Positions 30,302 to 41,132 of a stretch of DNA of 64,000 bases are shown piece by piece (position 1 is the stretch's first letter; each line of letters opens with the position of its first letter). The DNA comes from an uncultured delta proteobacterium (GTDB taxonomy: Bacteria; Desulfobacterota; Desulfuromonadia; Desulfuromonadales; BM103). Location of the stretch: NCBI GenBank assembly GCA_963715335.1, contig CAVQRZ010000014.1:96001-160000 (forward strand), in the 5' to 3' direction. The translations under genes and the position numbers were made by a program. The notes beneath the pieces were generated by a model. That model was not told the DNA's origin. It ran no database searches and saw only the letters and a list, made by a program, of their open reading frames with translations.

Positions 30302-31216
30302 GTGTCAACACTGGATATTTTCTTGCAACAATTAGTGAACGGTTTGATCCTCGGGTCTTTCTACAGCCTTGTCGCTCTGGGCTATTCGATGGTCTACGGG
30401 ATAATCAAACTACTCAATTTTGCCCATGGTGACATCTACATGGTCGGGTCCTTTATCGGTCTGATCCTGCTTGGTCTGCTGAGTCCTTTTCTGGGTGCCG
30501 GCTGGGCCGGGATTCTCGTCGCCATGATCATCAGTATGATCCTGGTGGGGCTGCTCGGCGTGTTCATCCAGCGCGTCGCGTACGTGCCGATGCTGAGTGC
30601 CCCGCGACTGTCAATCCTGATCACGGCACTGGCCGTCTCCATGGTGCTTTATAACTTCGTCATGGCCTCGACGAGTGGTGAGTACAAAGCCTTCCCTGTC
30701 GATCTTGGCTACGAAGGCGTCGAGTTCGGCAACGTCTTTATCACCTATACGCAAATCATCCTGGTCTCTTCGACGGCCACCCTGATGATGGTTCTGCATT
30801 TTTTTATCAGTAAAACGATGCTCGGCAAGGCGATGCGGGCGATCGCCATTGACCAGGACGCCTGCCGCCTGATGGGCATCAATGTCAACAGCATCATTGC
30901 CTTGACCTTTTTCGTCGGCTCCGCACTGGCGTGCGCCGCTGGTGTCATGGCCGGCGTCTATTACGGCAGCATCCACTTCTTCATGGGCTTTCTGATCGGT
31001 CTGAAGGCTTTTACTGCGGCCGTTATAGGTGGGATCGGCAGCATCCCGGGCGCGGTCCTGGGCGGCCTGATCCTCGGTCTGCTGGAAGCGTTCGGCACCC
31101 AGTTGCCTTTTATCGGTTCTGAATGGAAAGATGTGTTTGCCTTTGCAATCCTGATCCTTCTGCTTCTTTTCAAACCGACCGGTCTGCTGGGCAAGACCGA
31201 AATTGAGAGGATGTAG
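30302..31216 (+). CDS. livH: LIV ABC permease
   Basis: QQLVNGLILGSFYSLVALGYSMVYGIIKLLNFAHG; KAFTAAVIGGIGS. Confidence 0.93.
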   Translation: MSTLDIFLQQLVNGLILGSFYSLVALGYSMVYGIIKLLNFAHGDIYMVGSFIGLILLGLLSPFLGAGWAGILVAMIISMILVGLLGVFIQRVAYVPMLSAPRLSILITALAVSMVLYNFVMASTSGEYKAFPVDLGYEGVEFGNVFITYTQIILVSSTATLMMVLHFFISKTMLGKAMRAIAIDQDACRLMGINVNSIIALTFFVGSALACAAGVMAGVYYGSIHFFMGFLIGLKAFTAAVIGGIGSIPGAVLGGLILGLLEAFGTQLPFIGSEWKDVFAFAILILLLLFKPTGLLGKTEIERM

Positions 31217-31218
31217 CC

Positions 31219-32142
31219 GTGCTGGAAAAGAACAAGACAAAAATGACCCTGATCTACGCATTTCTGGCCTTTGTTGTGATCGCCATGCCGGTGGTGGCCA
31301 ATAACTATGTCATGAACACCTTTTCGGACGTCTTCTTCTATGTGGTCGTCTGCCTGGGTTTGAATATAGTCGTGGGTTATGCAGGCCTGCTTGATCTCGG
31401 CTACGCGGCCTTCTTCGCGGTTGGCGCCTATACCACGGCAATCCTGACTTCAACCTTCGGCATGAACTTCTGGTTGACCATCCCGTTTGCGATTCTTTTC
31501 TCGGCGGTTTCAGGAGTGATCATCGGTGGGCCGACGCTGCGGCTCAGGAGCGACTACCTGGCAATCGTGACGCTCGGGTTCGGTGAGATCGTCCGGATTA
31601 CAGCCAGGAATCTTAAGATTACCGGCGGGGCCGGCGGCATCTACGGGATTGAAAGACCCTCCTTTTTCGGCATCGAAATGAGTGGCAACATTCACTACTA
31701 CTATGCCTTCCTCGTGCTGGCTTTTCTGGCGATCTTTATCAGCTATCGACTGCAGTACTCGCGACTGGGCAGGGCCTGGCAATATGTTCGCGAAGATGAG
31801 GATGCTGCCGAGGCGATGGGGATCAACCGGGTGCGGGTCAAGCTGGCGGCTTACGTCATCGGTGCCGTGTTTGGCGGGGTCGCCGGGAGTTTCTTTGCTG
31901 TCAAGATGACAGCCATCTCTCCGGAAACATTCATGTTCACTCAGTCGATCCTGATTCTGCTCGGCGTGGTTATCGGGGGGATGGGCAAAATTCCCGGGGT
32001 TATCTGCGGGGCGTTTGTGCTGGTGCTCTTTCCGGAAATCTTCCGGTTTGTCGGTGATATGCGCCTGCTGGCGTTTGCCGGCATCATGCTGATACTGATG
32101 CTGAAGAGGCCACAGGGAATCTGGCCCGAGCGGCTCGGCTAA
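31219..32142 (+). CDS. livM: LIV ABC permease
   Basis: GLNIVVGYAGLLDLGYAAFFAVGAY; LRLRSDYLAIVTLGFGEI. Confidence 0.93.
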   Translation: MLEKNKTKMTLIYAFLAFVVIAMPVVANNYVMNTFSDVFFYVVVCLGLNIVVGYAGLLDLGYAAFFAVGAYTTAILTSTFGMNFWLTIPFAILFSAVSGVIIGGPTLRLRSDYLAIVTLGFGEIVRITARNLKITGGAGGIYGIERPSFFGIEMSGNIHYYYAFLVLAFLAIFISYRLQYSRLGRAWQYVREDEDAAEAMGINRVRVKLAAYVIGAVFGGVAGSFFAVKMTAISPETFMFTQSILILLGVVIGGMGKIPGVICGAFVLVLFPEIFRFVGDMRLLAFAGIMLILMLKRPQGIWPERLG

Positions 32143-32170
32143 AGATCCATAGGTTTGTAACAGGAGATAA

Positions 32171-32941
32171 ATGATGTCCCTGCTGGAAGTTAAGGATATT
32201 GTGCTGCAGTTTGGTGGTCTCAAGGTCATCGACGCGATGAATATGGTGATTGAGGAAGGCTCGATCATGAGTCTGATTGGCCCAAACGGCGCCGGCAAAA
32301 CATCGATATTCAACTCGATCACCGGCTTCTACCAGCCCAATTCCGGCGAAATAAACTTTCGCGGCAAACCGATCCTGCGCAAGAAACCACATTCGATCAC
32401 CCAGGCAGGTATGGCCAGAACTTTCCAGAACCTGAGGTTGTTCAAGAACATGTCGGTGATCGATAATGTGAAAGCCGGCATGCATTGCCGTTCCCATGCC
32501 GGTTTTTTTGGTTCGGTCCTGCGTTCGCCGTGGCAACAAAAGGAAGAACGGGAGATCACCGAGCACTGCGAAAAGTGTCTCGATTTCGTCGGTATTCTGG
32601 GACAGAAAGATCGTAACGCCTCCAATCTCGCCTACGGTGACCAGAGGCGTGTCGAATGGGCCCGCGCCCTGGCCACAAAACCAAGCTTCCTGCTGCTGGA
32701 CGAGCCGGCCGCGGGACTCAATTACGATGAAAAGCAGAAGCTGATCGAACTCATCCGGCGTATCCGTGACGAACTCGACATTACCGTTCTGCTGATCGAA
32801 CACGATATGGGCCTGGTCATGAAGGTGTCCGAATATATTTACGTCATAGACTACGGTCGGAATATTGCGCAGGGCCTCCCGGAAGAAGTGAAGAATGATC
32901 CGAAGGTGATCGAGGCTTACCTCGGAAAGGAAGACGACTAG
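32171..32941 (+). CDS. livG: LIV ABC ATPase
   Basis: GPNGAGKT, ARTFQNLRLF, LLDEPAAG, LIEHDM. Confidence 0.93.
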   Translation: MMSLLEVKDIVLQFGGLKVIDAMNMVIEEGSIMSLIGPNGAGKTSIFNSITGFYQPNSGEINFRGKPILRKKPHSITQAGMARTFQNLRLFKNMSVIDNVKAGMHCRSHAGFFGSVLRSPWQQKEEREITEHCEKCLDFVGILGQKDRNASNLAYGDQRRVEWARALATKPSFLLLDEPAAGLNYDEKQKLIELIRRIRDELDITVLLIEHDMGLVMKVSEYIYVIDYGRNIAQGLPEEVKNDPKVIEAYLGKEDD

Positions 32942-32943
32942 AG

Positions 32944-33660
32944 ATGTCAGACGTGCTCCTGAAAATAACGGACCTGAATGCGCATTACGGCCGTATTCAT
33001 GCGTTGCGAGGGATCAGCCTGGAAGTCAAGGCCGGCCAGATAGTCACTCTGCTCGGCGCCAACGGCGCCGGCAAGAGCACCACCATGAAGTGCATCTCCG
33101 GGCTGCTCAAACCGAGTGGCGGCAAGATCGAATTCATGGGTGAGAACATCTTCGGCAAGCCTGCTCACGATATCGTCAAACGCGGCCTGATCCACGTGCC
33201 CGAGGGGCGGCGGATTTTCAAAGGGATGACAATCCAGGAGAATCTTGAGCTGGGCTCATTCACCCTCAGGGACGATGCCGAACGCAAAAAGCGCATGGAC
33301 CACGTCTACACCCTCTTCCCGGTCCTCGGCGAAAGACGCCACCGCGACGCGGGGCTTTTGTCCGGAGGCGAGCAGCAGATGCTGGCCATGGGGCGCGCCT
33401 TGATGGTCGGACAGAAGCTGGTGCTGCTCGATGAGCCGTCGATGGGGTTGGCGCCTTTCCTGGTCAAGGATATCATGAAGGTTGTCAAGAGACTTAACGA
33501 AGAGGGGATCACTATCCTGCTCGTCGAGCAGAACGCCAAGATGGCCTTAGGGGTCGCTGACTATGGCTATGTCGTCGAGACCGGTGAGATTGTCATGCAC
33601 GATGATGCCGAAGTGCTCAAAAACGACGAGCGGATTATCAACGCATACCTCGGTGAATAA
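32944..33660 (+). CDS. livF: LIV ABC ATPase
   Basis: GANGAGKST, VPEGRRIF, LSGGEQQMLA, LDEPSMGLAP. Confidence 0.93.
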   Translation: MSDVLLKITDLNAHYGRIHALRGISLEVKAGQIVTLLGANGAGKSTTMKCISGLLKPSGGKIEFMGENIFGKPAHDIVKRGLIHVPEGRRIFKGMTIQENLELGSFTLRDDAERKKRMDHVYTLFPVLGERRHRDAGLLSGGEQQMLAMGRALMVGQKLVLLDEPSMGLAPFLVKDIMKVVKRLNEEGITILLVEQNAKMALGVADYGYVVETGEIVMHDDAEVLKNDERIINAYLGE

Positions 33661-33703
33661 AGTTGTATGACCTGGTTTTGCTATAAAGTTAAAGAGGGAC
33701 GAA

Positions 33704-34453
33704 ATGATGGGTTTTGTAGATAAGGTTGTCATCGTCACAGGAGCCGCATCAGGCATGGGCGCAGCGACGGCACGAGAATTCAACGCTGCCGGTGCCAGGG
33801 TCCTGATTGTCGATCGCAACGCTGAACTGGCTGCGCAAGTTGCTTCGGAGATCTCTAGCGATCCGCCTCTGGTCGGGGATGTCAGTGACTCCGCATTCTG
33901 CAAACAGGCCGTCGCTACGGCCGTGGAACGCCACGGCCGCCTCGATATCCTGGTTAACGCCGCCGGCATCATCGTGCGTGCTGATGGCCCCGGGACCACA
34001 GATGAACAATGGCAACGGATCATGAACGTCAATGTCAACGGCGTCTTCTACATGAGCCGCGCCGCTGTCGAGATCATGCGAGGCCAGGGCTCCGGGGCGA
34101 TCGTCAATTTCGGTTCGATCTGGGGCGAAGTCGGTGCCGCAGGGGTTATGGCTTATTGTGCTTCAAAGGGTGCCGTGCACCAGATCACCCGCGCCATGGC
34201 CCTCGACCACGTCAAGGACGGCATCCGCATCAACGCGGTCTGCCCCGGGGAGGTCGACACACCGATGCTGACTTCGGAGCGTTCTGCTCCGGTGACTGCG
34301 GAGATGATGAAGGCCCTTGCCGAGAGTGTACCGATGGGACGCCTGGCCGCTCCGGTCGAGATTGCCCGGGTTGTGCTTTTTCTCTCCTCTGATGCCGCCA
34401 GCTACATGACCGGTGCGATGGTCAATGTTGATGCCGGTTTCACCGCCAGGTAG
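33704..34453 (+). CDS. Short-chain dehydrogenase/reductase (classical SDR)
   Basis: [17 protein letters not shown] catalytic motif; Asp at the end of beta2 (VDRN) suggests NAD(H). Confidence 0.92.
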   Translation: MMGFVDKVVIVTGAASGMGAATAREFNAAGARVLIVDRNAELAAQVASEISSDPPLVGDVSDSAFCKQAVATAVERHGRLDILVNAAGIIVRADGPGTTDEQWQRIMNVNVNGVFYMSRAAVEIMRGQGSGAIVNFGSIWGEVGAAGVMAYCASKGAVHQITRAMALDHVKDGIRINAVCPGEVDTPMLTSERSAPVTAEMMKALAESVPMGRLAAPVEIARVVLFLSSDAASYMTGAMVNVDAGFTAR

Positions 34454-34460
34454 GTGCCCT

Positions 34461-35462
34461 GTGGAATATCGCCTGCTCGGCAGGACCGGCGTCAAGGTCG
34501 CCCCTCTTTGTCTCGGTTCCGACAACTTCGCAAATCCTACCCCTGAAGCAGAATCGGTCGCGATCATCGAGCGGGCTATCGATGCCGGCATCAACCTGAT
34601 CGATACCAGCAACAGTTATGCAAAAGGTGAAAGTGAACGCATTATCGGCCGGGCCCTGGCTGCCAGCGGTCGTCGCGACCAGGTGCTGGTGGCCACCAAG
34701 GCCCACTACCCGACCGGCCCCGGACCGAATGATCGCGGCAACTCACGGCTGCACCTGATGAAGGCCTGTGAAGATTCCCTGAAACGCCTGCAGGTTGATT
34801 GCATCGACCTGTTTCAGCTGCATCGGCCTTCCTTCGAGTTGCCGATCGAGGAAACGATGAGTGCACTCACTGACCTGGTTCGCCAGGGCAAGGTGCGTTA
34901 TGTCGGCTGCTCGACCACCCCGGCCTGGAAGGCGATGGAGTCGATCATGGTCAGCGAATTAAAGGGGTACGTGCGTTTTGCCTCGGAACAGCCGCCCTAC
35001 AACCTGCTGGATCGCCGGATAGAGAACGAAATGGTGCCGTTTTGCCGGGAGTACCAGCTGGCAATCTTCCCCTGGTCGCCGCTCGCCATGGGAATCCTGG
35101 CCGGACGCTATGCCGATGCAGACAAAACCCCGCAAGAATCCAGGGCTGCACTGCGAGGCGGAATCTACGCGGAGCGGGTCACCGCAAGAGGCATCGAGGT
35201 CGGCAACCGGTTCGTTCAGCTGGCCAGGGACCGCGGCATCTCCCCGGCGCAACTGGCGGTCCTCTGGGTCAAAGACCAGCCGGGCATCACCGCGCCGCTG
35301 ATCGGCCCGCGCACGTCGGAGCAACTGGAGCATTTTCTGCCGGTTATGGAGATGCAGCTTGACGATCAGGCCCGTGCAGCGTGCGACGCACTGGTTCCAC
35401 CGGGCAGCGCCGTTGCGGATTTTCACAATTCCGCGCCATGGATGAAGATGCAGATTCTCTGA
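34461..35462 (+). CDS. Aldo/keto reductase
   Basis: [50 protein letters not shown]. Confidence 0.92.
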   Translation: MEYRLLGRTGVKVAPLCLGSDNFANPTPEAESVAIIERAIDAGINLIDTSNSYAKGESERIIGRALAASGRRDQVLVATKAHYPTGPGPNDRGNSRLHLMKACEDSLKRLQVDCIDLFQLHRPSFELPIEETMSALTDLVRQGKVRYVGCSTTPAWKAMESIMVSELKGYVRFASEQPPYNLLDRRIENEMVPFCREYQLAIFPWSPLAMGILAGRYADADKTPQESRAALRGGIYAERVTARGIEVGNRFVQLARDRGISPAQLAVLWVKDQPGITAPLIGPRTSEQLEHFLPVMEMQLDDQARAACDALVPPGSAVADFHNSAPWMKMQIL

Positions 35463-35593
35463 CCTGCATCCTCTCCTGACTGACCCGCCCGAGCGCGAGC
35501 CCTCTTTGCGCCGCTTTACCTTTGCAACCGGTTTTCATCACCTGGCAGGATATCTGCCGTGACCTGAAGGAACCTCCTCGTGGAGTGTTGAAT

Positions 35594-37159
35594 ATGAGCA
35601 GTCTTTCCCCCAGTATCTTCAATGACGTGATCGGACCCGTGATGAGAGGCCCATCGAGTTCGCACTGTGCGGCTGCTCTGCGAATCGGCCTGATTGCCAG
35701 GGACCTGATGCAGGGTGTTGTCGATGATGTCCTGGTTGAATGTGATGCGCAAGGATCACTGGCGCGGACATTTGACAGCCAGGGCAGCGACATCGGTCTG
35801 TGGGGCGGCCTGTTGGGTTGGGATGCGACCAATGATCGTCTCGCCCAGTCAGGGCAGGTTCTGCGCGCCGCGGGCGTGACCACCAAGGTGCGAATCGGTG
35901 AGTTCGGTGACATCCACCCGAATACCTACCGGCTGACTCTGAAAAACAGCAAGGAAACGCGCAAGCTGGTGGCGATCTCCACCGGTGGTGGCATGATTGA
36001 GGTCCTCTCGATTGATGATGTGCCGATCACCATCCTTGGCGACCAGTATGAAACCCTGATCTTGCTCGACCAGGCAGGTATGGGAGTACTGACTCTGCTG
36101 GAACGTCACCTGGCCGAAGACAAGATCAAACTCAACAGTCATGCCGGGGTCACTATCGTGCAAATAAGGGGCGAGGTCGATACCGAAAAACTGTTGGCGC
36201 TATTGAAAGGGCAGGCCGGGCCGCCGGTCGTCAGGACGATTGGGCCGGTGATGCCGGTCCTTGCCATGGAACAGGAGCTGCTGCCGTTTTTGACTTGCCA
36301 GGAGATGCTGGAATATAACGCGCAGGCTTGCCTGTCGCTCTGGCAGCTGGCGGTAAAATACGAGAGTGCCCGTGGCGGAATGGCTGAGGCCGAAGTCTTT
36401 GAGAGGATGCGCGAGATTGCCGGGGTTATGCGTCGCGCCATAGATGTCGGGCTCGCCGGGACTGAATATGATGACCGCATTCTCGGTTGGCAGTCCGGCA
36501 GGTACAAGGATTTGATGGAACGGGGAGCGCTGCTTGATGCAGGGGTCCTGAATGCCGTGATCCTGGCTGTGACGGCCACTATGGAATGCAAGAGCGCCAT
36601 GGGCCTGGTGGTTGCCGCGCCGACCGCAGGTTCCTGCGGGGTTTTGCCGGGGACCTGCCTGGCAACGGCTGAGTTTCTCGGGCTTGACGAAGATGACGCG
36701 GTCAAAGCCTTGCTTGCGGCAGGGATGATTGGTGTTTTTATTGCGAGGGGCGCCACTTTCTCGGCTGAAATAGGCGGTTGTCAGGCTGAGTGTGGCTCCG
36801 CTTCCGGCATGTCTGCGGCAGGGCTGGTAACCCTGGCGGGAGGCAGCCTGGAACAGGCCATTGCGGCGGCTTCCATGGCTTTGCAGTCCAGCCTCGGCAT
36901 GATCTGCGACCCGATTGCCAATCGGGTCGAGGCTCCCTGCCTCGGCAAAAACACCATGGCCGCGGCCAACGCACTCACCTCGGCGAATATGGCGCTGGCC
37001 GGATTCGACCCTCTGATTCCATTTGAAGAGGTCCTGGTTGCCATGGACCAGGTCGGCAGGAGCCTGCCCCATGCCTTGCGTTGTACCGGCCTGGGTGGGC
37101 TGTCGGTCACCAAGGCTTCCCGGGAGATTGAGGAGAGGTTGAAGCAAGCGAGAAAATAA
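35594..37159 (+). CDS. Fe-S L-serine dehydratase-like protein, beta and alpha chains fused
   Basis: SIFNDVIGPVMRGPSSSH and STGGGMI (beta chain); APTAGSCG, GGCQAEC, GMICDP and APCLGKN (alpha chain with the three Fe-S Cys). Confidence 0.88.
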   Translation: MSSLSPSIFNDVIGPVMRGPSSSHCAAALRIGLIARDLMQGVVDDVLVECDAQGSLARTFDSQGSDIGLWGGLLGWDATNDRLAQSGQVLRAAGVTTKVRIGEFGDIHPNTYRLTLKNSKETRKLVAISTGGGMIEVLSIDDVPITILGDQYETLILLDQAGMGVLTLLERHLAEDKIKLNSHAGVTIVQIRGEVDTEKLLALLKGQAGPPVVRTIGPVMPVLAMEQELLPFLTCQEMLEYNAQACLSLWQLAVKYESARGGMAEAEVFERMREIAGVMRRAIDVGLAGTEYDDRILGWQSGRYKDLMERGALLDAGVLNAVILAVTATMECKSAMGLVVAAPTAGSCGVLPGTCLATAEFLGLDEDDAVKALLAAGMIGVFIARGATFSAEIGGCQAECGSASGMSAAGLVTLAGGSLEQAIAAASMALQSSLGMICDPIANRVEAPCLGKNTMAAANALTSANMALAGFDPLIPFEEVLVAMDQVGRSLPHALRCTGLGGLSVTKASREIEERLKQARK

Positions 37160-37277
37160 TCAAGGCCATATGCTTTACCGCAAGGGCGCCATGGCTCTCA
37201 ACCGTTCTTTACGGCGGTTGATCAGGTCCTCTCGTCTTTGCGCTTAATATTCCTGCCCGGGTTTAAGGAGAGAGACA

Positions 37278-38240
37278 ATGAAAATAAGAATGCTCGCCGC
37301 CGCCGATGTTAAGGCGGCTTTGCCGATGCCGAAGGCGATTGAGGCGATGAAGCAGGCCTATGTGCAATTTTCCACCGGTCGGTCAACGGTCCCCCTGCGG
37401 ACCCATGTGCAGACGGAAAAGGGTGTAAGCCTGCTGATGCCGGCCTACCTGCATGACAGCCGGAACCTCGGCGTCAAGATTATTTCCATCTACGCAGACA
37501 ACCCGAAACGGAACCTGCCGACAATCTCTGCGACGGTCATGGTCCTCGACCCCGAGACCGGTTTCCCGCTGGCACTGATGGATGGCGGCAGCCTGACTGC
37601 GATTCGTACCGGCGCCGGTGGTGGCGCTGCGGCCGACGTCCTGGCCCGCAAGGACGCCCGGAACGTCGCTCTGTTCGGTGCCGGGGTACAGGCGCGCACG
37701 CAATTGCAGGCAGTGCTCGCGGTTCGGGGCATTACCGAGGTCAGTATCCTTGATCATTTTGAGGCGGCCGCGAAACGTCTGGCCGATGAGGTTGCCACCT
37801 GGCCAAACGCGCCGAAAGTGATCCTTGGCCGAACCCCGGCTGAAGCCGTGCAGGTCGCTGATATTGTCCTCACAGCAACCACCTCGCCAGTGCCCCTTTT
37901 TGACGGCAACGATCTCAGGCCGGGCACGCATATTACCGGTATCGGGACCTTCACCCCCGACAAACGTGAGATCGATGAGGTCGCCGTAGGCCGCGCCAGG
38001 ATAATCGTTGATTCTTATGAAGCCTGCCTTGAAGAGGCCGGTGATATCATTATCCCGAACGCTGTGATCGACGCGGAACTCGGTGAAGTCCTCAATGGCG
38101 ACAAGCCCGGGCGTGAAAACGATGAGCAAATCACCTTCTTCAAGTCGGTCGGGATTGCCGTGCAGGACACCATGGCCGCGGCCCTGGTGTTCGCCGCCGC
38201 CAAAGCACAGGGGTTGGGCACTGAGGTTGATTTCTCCTGA
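37278..38240 (+). CDS. Ornithine cyclodeaminase/mu-crystallin family; probable Delta1-pyrroline-2-carboxylate reductase
   Basis: LTAIRTGA, GAGVQA, FKSVGIAVQD; function inferred from the adjacent T3LHyp dehydratase. Confidence 0.85.
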   Translation: MKIRMLAAADVKAALPMPKAIEAMKQAYVQFSTGRSTVPLRTHVQTEKGVSLLMPAYLHDSRNLGVKIISIYADNPKRNLPTISATVMVLDPETGFPLALMDGGSLTAIRTGAGGGAAADVLARKDARNVALFGAGVQARTQLQAVLAVRGITEVSILDHFEAAAKRLADEVATWPNAPKVILGRTPAEAVQVADIVLTATTSPVPLFDGNDLRPGTHITGIGTFTPDKREIDEVAVGRARIIVDSYEACLEEAGDIIIPNAVIDAELGEVLNGDKPGRENDEQITFFKSVGIAVQDTMAAALVFAAAKAQGLGTEVDFS

Positions 38241-38278
38241 TTTGATCTACACAGGGTTCGGCGGTGGAGGTACTGGCA

Positions 38279-39304
38279 ATGAAAAACTGGAGAGCGCCTG
38301 GTGACTGGCAGAAAATAACCACGATTGATGCACACACGGCAGGCGAACCCTTTCGTGTGGTCACCTCGGGGTTTCCGCCCCTGGCTGGCGAAACGATTTT
38401 GGCGAAGCGCCGCTTCGTCAAGGAGAAGTACGACCACCTGCGCACGGCCCTGATGCTGGAACCGCGCGGCCATGCCGATATGTACGGTTGTCTCATCACC
38501 CCGCCGGTCACTGAAAGTGCCGATTTTGGTGTCCTGTTCATGCACAACGAAGGCTTCAGTCCCATGTGCGGACACGGTATTATTGCCATGACCACGGTCG
38601 CCCTCGAGTGCGGTATGGTCGCCATGCAGGCTCCGCAGACGATTCTGCGCATCGATACGCCGGCCGGACTGGTGACTGCCTGTGCACACGTTGAGCAAGA
38701 CCGCGTCCACAGCGTCTCGTTTCAGAATGTCCCCTCTTTCGTGATCGGCCTTGACCAGGTCGTGGCTGTGCCAGGGCGTGGCCAGGTTCGTTACGACCTG
38801 GCTTTCGGTGGCGGCTTTTATGCCTATGTCAATGCCGCCGATGTCGGCCTGAAAGTTTCTCCGGATAACCTGCATGCCCTGATCGACACGGGGATGGAGA
38901 TCAAGCGTGCAGTTATGGCAAGCCGGACGATTCCACATCCCTTCGAGCAGGACTTGAGCTTTCTCTATGGCACAATCTTTGTCGATGAGCCGAAGGGTGA
39001 GGGCGCGCATTCGAGGAATGTCTGTATCTTCGCCGAGGGCGAGGTCGATCGTAGCCCGACCGGAACCGGGGTCAGCGGCCGACTGGCGATCCACCATGCG
39101 CGTGGTGAAATCGGGATTGGCGACGCGATCACCATAGAGAGCATTATCGGCAGCTCTTTTCGCTGCGTTGTCGCCGGGGAGACGACGTTTGGTCCGCACC
39201 GGGCGATTCTCCCCGAGGTCGAAGGCAGCGCCTATATCACCGGTCGACATGAGTTCCTGATCGATCCGAACGATCCCTTGAAGGACGGTTTTGTGATGCG
39301 TTAG
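38279..39304 (+). CDS. Proline racemase family, Cys/Thr type: probable trans-3-hydroxy-L-proline dehydratase
   Basis: IDAHTAGEP, EPRGHADMYG, SPMCGHG and DRSPTGTG (Thr in place of the second catalytic Cys). Confidence 0.88.
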   Translation: MKNWRAPGDWQKITTIDAHTAGEPFRVVTSGFPPLAGETILAKRRFVKEKYDHLRTALMLEPRGHADMYGCLITPPVTESADFGVLFMHNEGFSPMCGHGIIAMTTVALECGMVAMQAPQTILRIDTPAGLVTACAHVEQDRVHSVSFQNVPSFVIGLDQVVAVPGRGQVRYDLAFGGGFYAYVNAADVGLKVSPDNLHALIDTGMEIKRAVMASRTIPHPFEQDLSFLYGTIFVDEPKGEGAHSRNVCIFAEGEVDRSPTGTGVSGRLAIHHARGEIGIGDAITIESIIGSSFRCVVAGETTFGPHRAILPEVEGSAYITGRHEFLIDPNDPLKDGFVMR

Positions 39305-39330
39305 CAGGAATGCTTGCGAGGGGCCACAGA

Positions 39331-40782
39331 ATGACGCAAGAAGAGATTTCGTCACATGACAAAACCCTGAAACTGGAGCTCCTGGCCCGTGAGCTCGACG
39401 CCATCATCGAGTCATCGTCAGACGGTCTGTTTGTCTGTGACGGTTTCGGGCGTATCATCCACATGAACCCTGCCTCGGCCAGGATTAACCATGCCTCTCC
39501 GGAGCAGGTCATCGGTCGTGATTACCTGGATGTGGCCAGGGATGGCTATGTCATCCTGCCGTCCGCCGCCCTCGAAGCGATCAAGAAACGCGAAATTGTC
39601 AGTCTGTTGCAGGAAAATCGTTACGGCTTGAAGCTGATCTCCACGGCGACCCCGGTTTTCGATGATCACGGCAACGTCATCCGGGTCGTGGTCAGCGAGC
39701 GCGATATCACCGAAATTGATCGCCTGCAAAGAGAACTGGAAGTGCAGCAGGCGATCGGCGACCAATTCCGTCACCAGGTCCTGGAACTTCAGCAGGAGTA
39801 TCTTGATTCTCATCCGGTGGTCGCTAAAAGTCCCGGCATGATCAAGGCGCTAACCCAGGCGCTAAAGCTGAGCGGAGTTGATTCAACGGTGCTGCTGCTC
39901 GGTGAGTCCGGGGTGGGCAAGGGGTTGATTGCCGACCTGATTCACAGCCATTCGCGCCGATCGGACCATCTTCTGATCAAGATCAATTGTGGTGCCATCC
40001 CGGAGACCCTGATTGAGGCTGAACTGTTTGGCTATGAGAAAGGGGCCTTCACCGGCGCCGTGACCAGCAAGCCGGGACAGCTGGAACTGGCCGATGGCGG
40101 GACCCTGTTCCTTGATGAGGTTGCCGAACTGCCGCTTGCCTCACAAGTCAAGCTGCTGCGCTTTATGGAGGACGGCCAGGTGACGCGTCTGGGCGGGACA
40201 GACAGCAGAAAGATGGATGTAAGAATTATTGCCGCAACCAATCGTGATCTGGAAAAGCGGGTCGAAGAAAAGCTTTTCCGGCTGGACCTGTACTACCGTC
40301 TCAGCGTTATCCCCCTGACGATCCCGGCCCTGCGTGAGCGCAAGGAGTGTCTCCTGCCACTGATCCGGGCCTTTGTCGACCGTTTTGCCGAACGCTCCGC
40401 AAAGCCAAAACGTTTGACCCGTGCAGCCATTGATCGCCTGGCAAGCTATCCCTTCCCGGGCAATGTCCGTGAACTTATGAATATCTGTGAGAGGTTGGTA
40501 GTGATGACGGATACGGAGATGATCGATGTCAGTGATCTGCCGCGAGCCGTTGTGATGGGCAGTGTGGACGGGTGTTCTGCCGCCGCAGCAAGCTGGCCTG
40601 AGATCATGTCGATGGGACAGATTCTCGAAAGTGTGGAACGTGCTGTGCTTATCGAGGCCAGCAGGAGTTGTCGCAGTCAGCATGAGATCGCGGCGTCGCT
40701 TGACATGAGCCAGCCGACGGTTGCCCGCAAACTACGGAAGTACGGCATGACCATCGGTCAACAGGTGAAGGTCTCTAAGTAA
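39331..40782 (+). CDS. PAS-domain sigma-54-dependent activator (paralog of 26820-28559)
   Basis: [47 protein letters not shown]. Confidence 0.93.
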   Translation: MTQEEISSHDKTLKLELLARELDAIIESSSDGLFVCDGFGRIIHMNPASARINHASPEQVIGRDYLDVARDGYVILPSAALEAIKKREIVSLLQENRYGLKLISTATPVFDDHGNVIRVVVSERDITEIDRLQRELEVQQAIGDQFRHQVLELQQEYLDSHPVVAKSPGMIKALTQALKLSGVDSTVLLLGESGVGKGLIADLIHSHSRRSDHLLIKINCGAIPETLIEAELFGYEKGAFTGAVTSKPGQLELADGGTLFLDEVAELPLASQVKLLRFMEDGQVTRLGGTDSRKMDVRIIAATNRDLEKRVEEKLFRLDLYYRLSVIPLTIPALRERKECLLPLIRAFVDRFAERSAKPKRLTRAAIDRLASYPFPGNVRELMNICERLVVMTDTEMIDVSDLPRAVVMGSVDGCSAAAASWPEIMSMGQILESVERAVLIEASRSCRSQHEIAASLDMSQPTVARKLRKYGMTIGQQVKVSK

Positions 40783-40790
40783 GGGAGAGC

Positions 40791-41132
40791 GTGATGAAAG
40801 AAATCTCCTGGGATGAATTTGCGGTCGTAGAGTTGCGGGTCGGTACGATTGTCGGGGTCGAGGACTTTCCGGAAGCGCGTAACCCTGCCTACAAGGTCAA
40901 AGTTGACTTCGGCCCCGAGCTGGGAGTTAAGAAGGCGAGCGCCCAGATAACCGCGCACTATTCGAAAGAAGAATTGCTGGGCAGACAGATTGTCGGCGTG
41001 GTGAATCTCCCGTCGAAGCGGATTGGGCCGATGTCCTCCGATTTTTTGCTCACAGGTTTTTATCGCGAAGATAAATCAGTTGTCATTGCAATCCCGGAGC
41101 GTGCAGTGCCGAATGGTGCCAAACTGGGGTAA
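40791..41132 (+). CDS. csaA: CsaA tRNA-binding / export chaperone
   Basis: ELRVGTI...[10 protein letters not shown]...SAQIT...[10 protein letters not shown]...VPNGAKL. Confidence 0.88.
   Translation: MMKEISWDEFAVVELRVGTIVGVEDFPEARNPAYKVKVDFGPELGVKKASAQITAHYSKEELLGRQIVGVVNLPSKRIGPMSSDFLLTGFYREDKSVVIAIPERAVPNGAKLG

Noticed and set aside
38279..39304. Proline racemase or 4-hydroxyproline 2-epimerase call
   Set aside because: The second catalytic residue is Thr (DRSPTGTG), not Cys.
38015..39355. 446-aa antisense ORF (and similar long antisense ORFs such as 36200-37147, 44846-45805, 49535-50485)
   Set aside because: They overlap well-supported plus-strand genes and have no recognisable domains.
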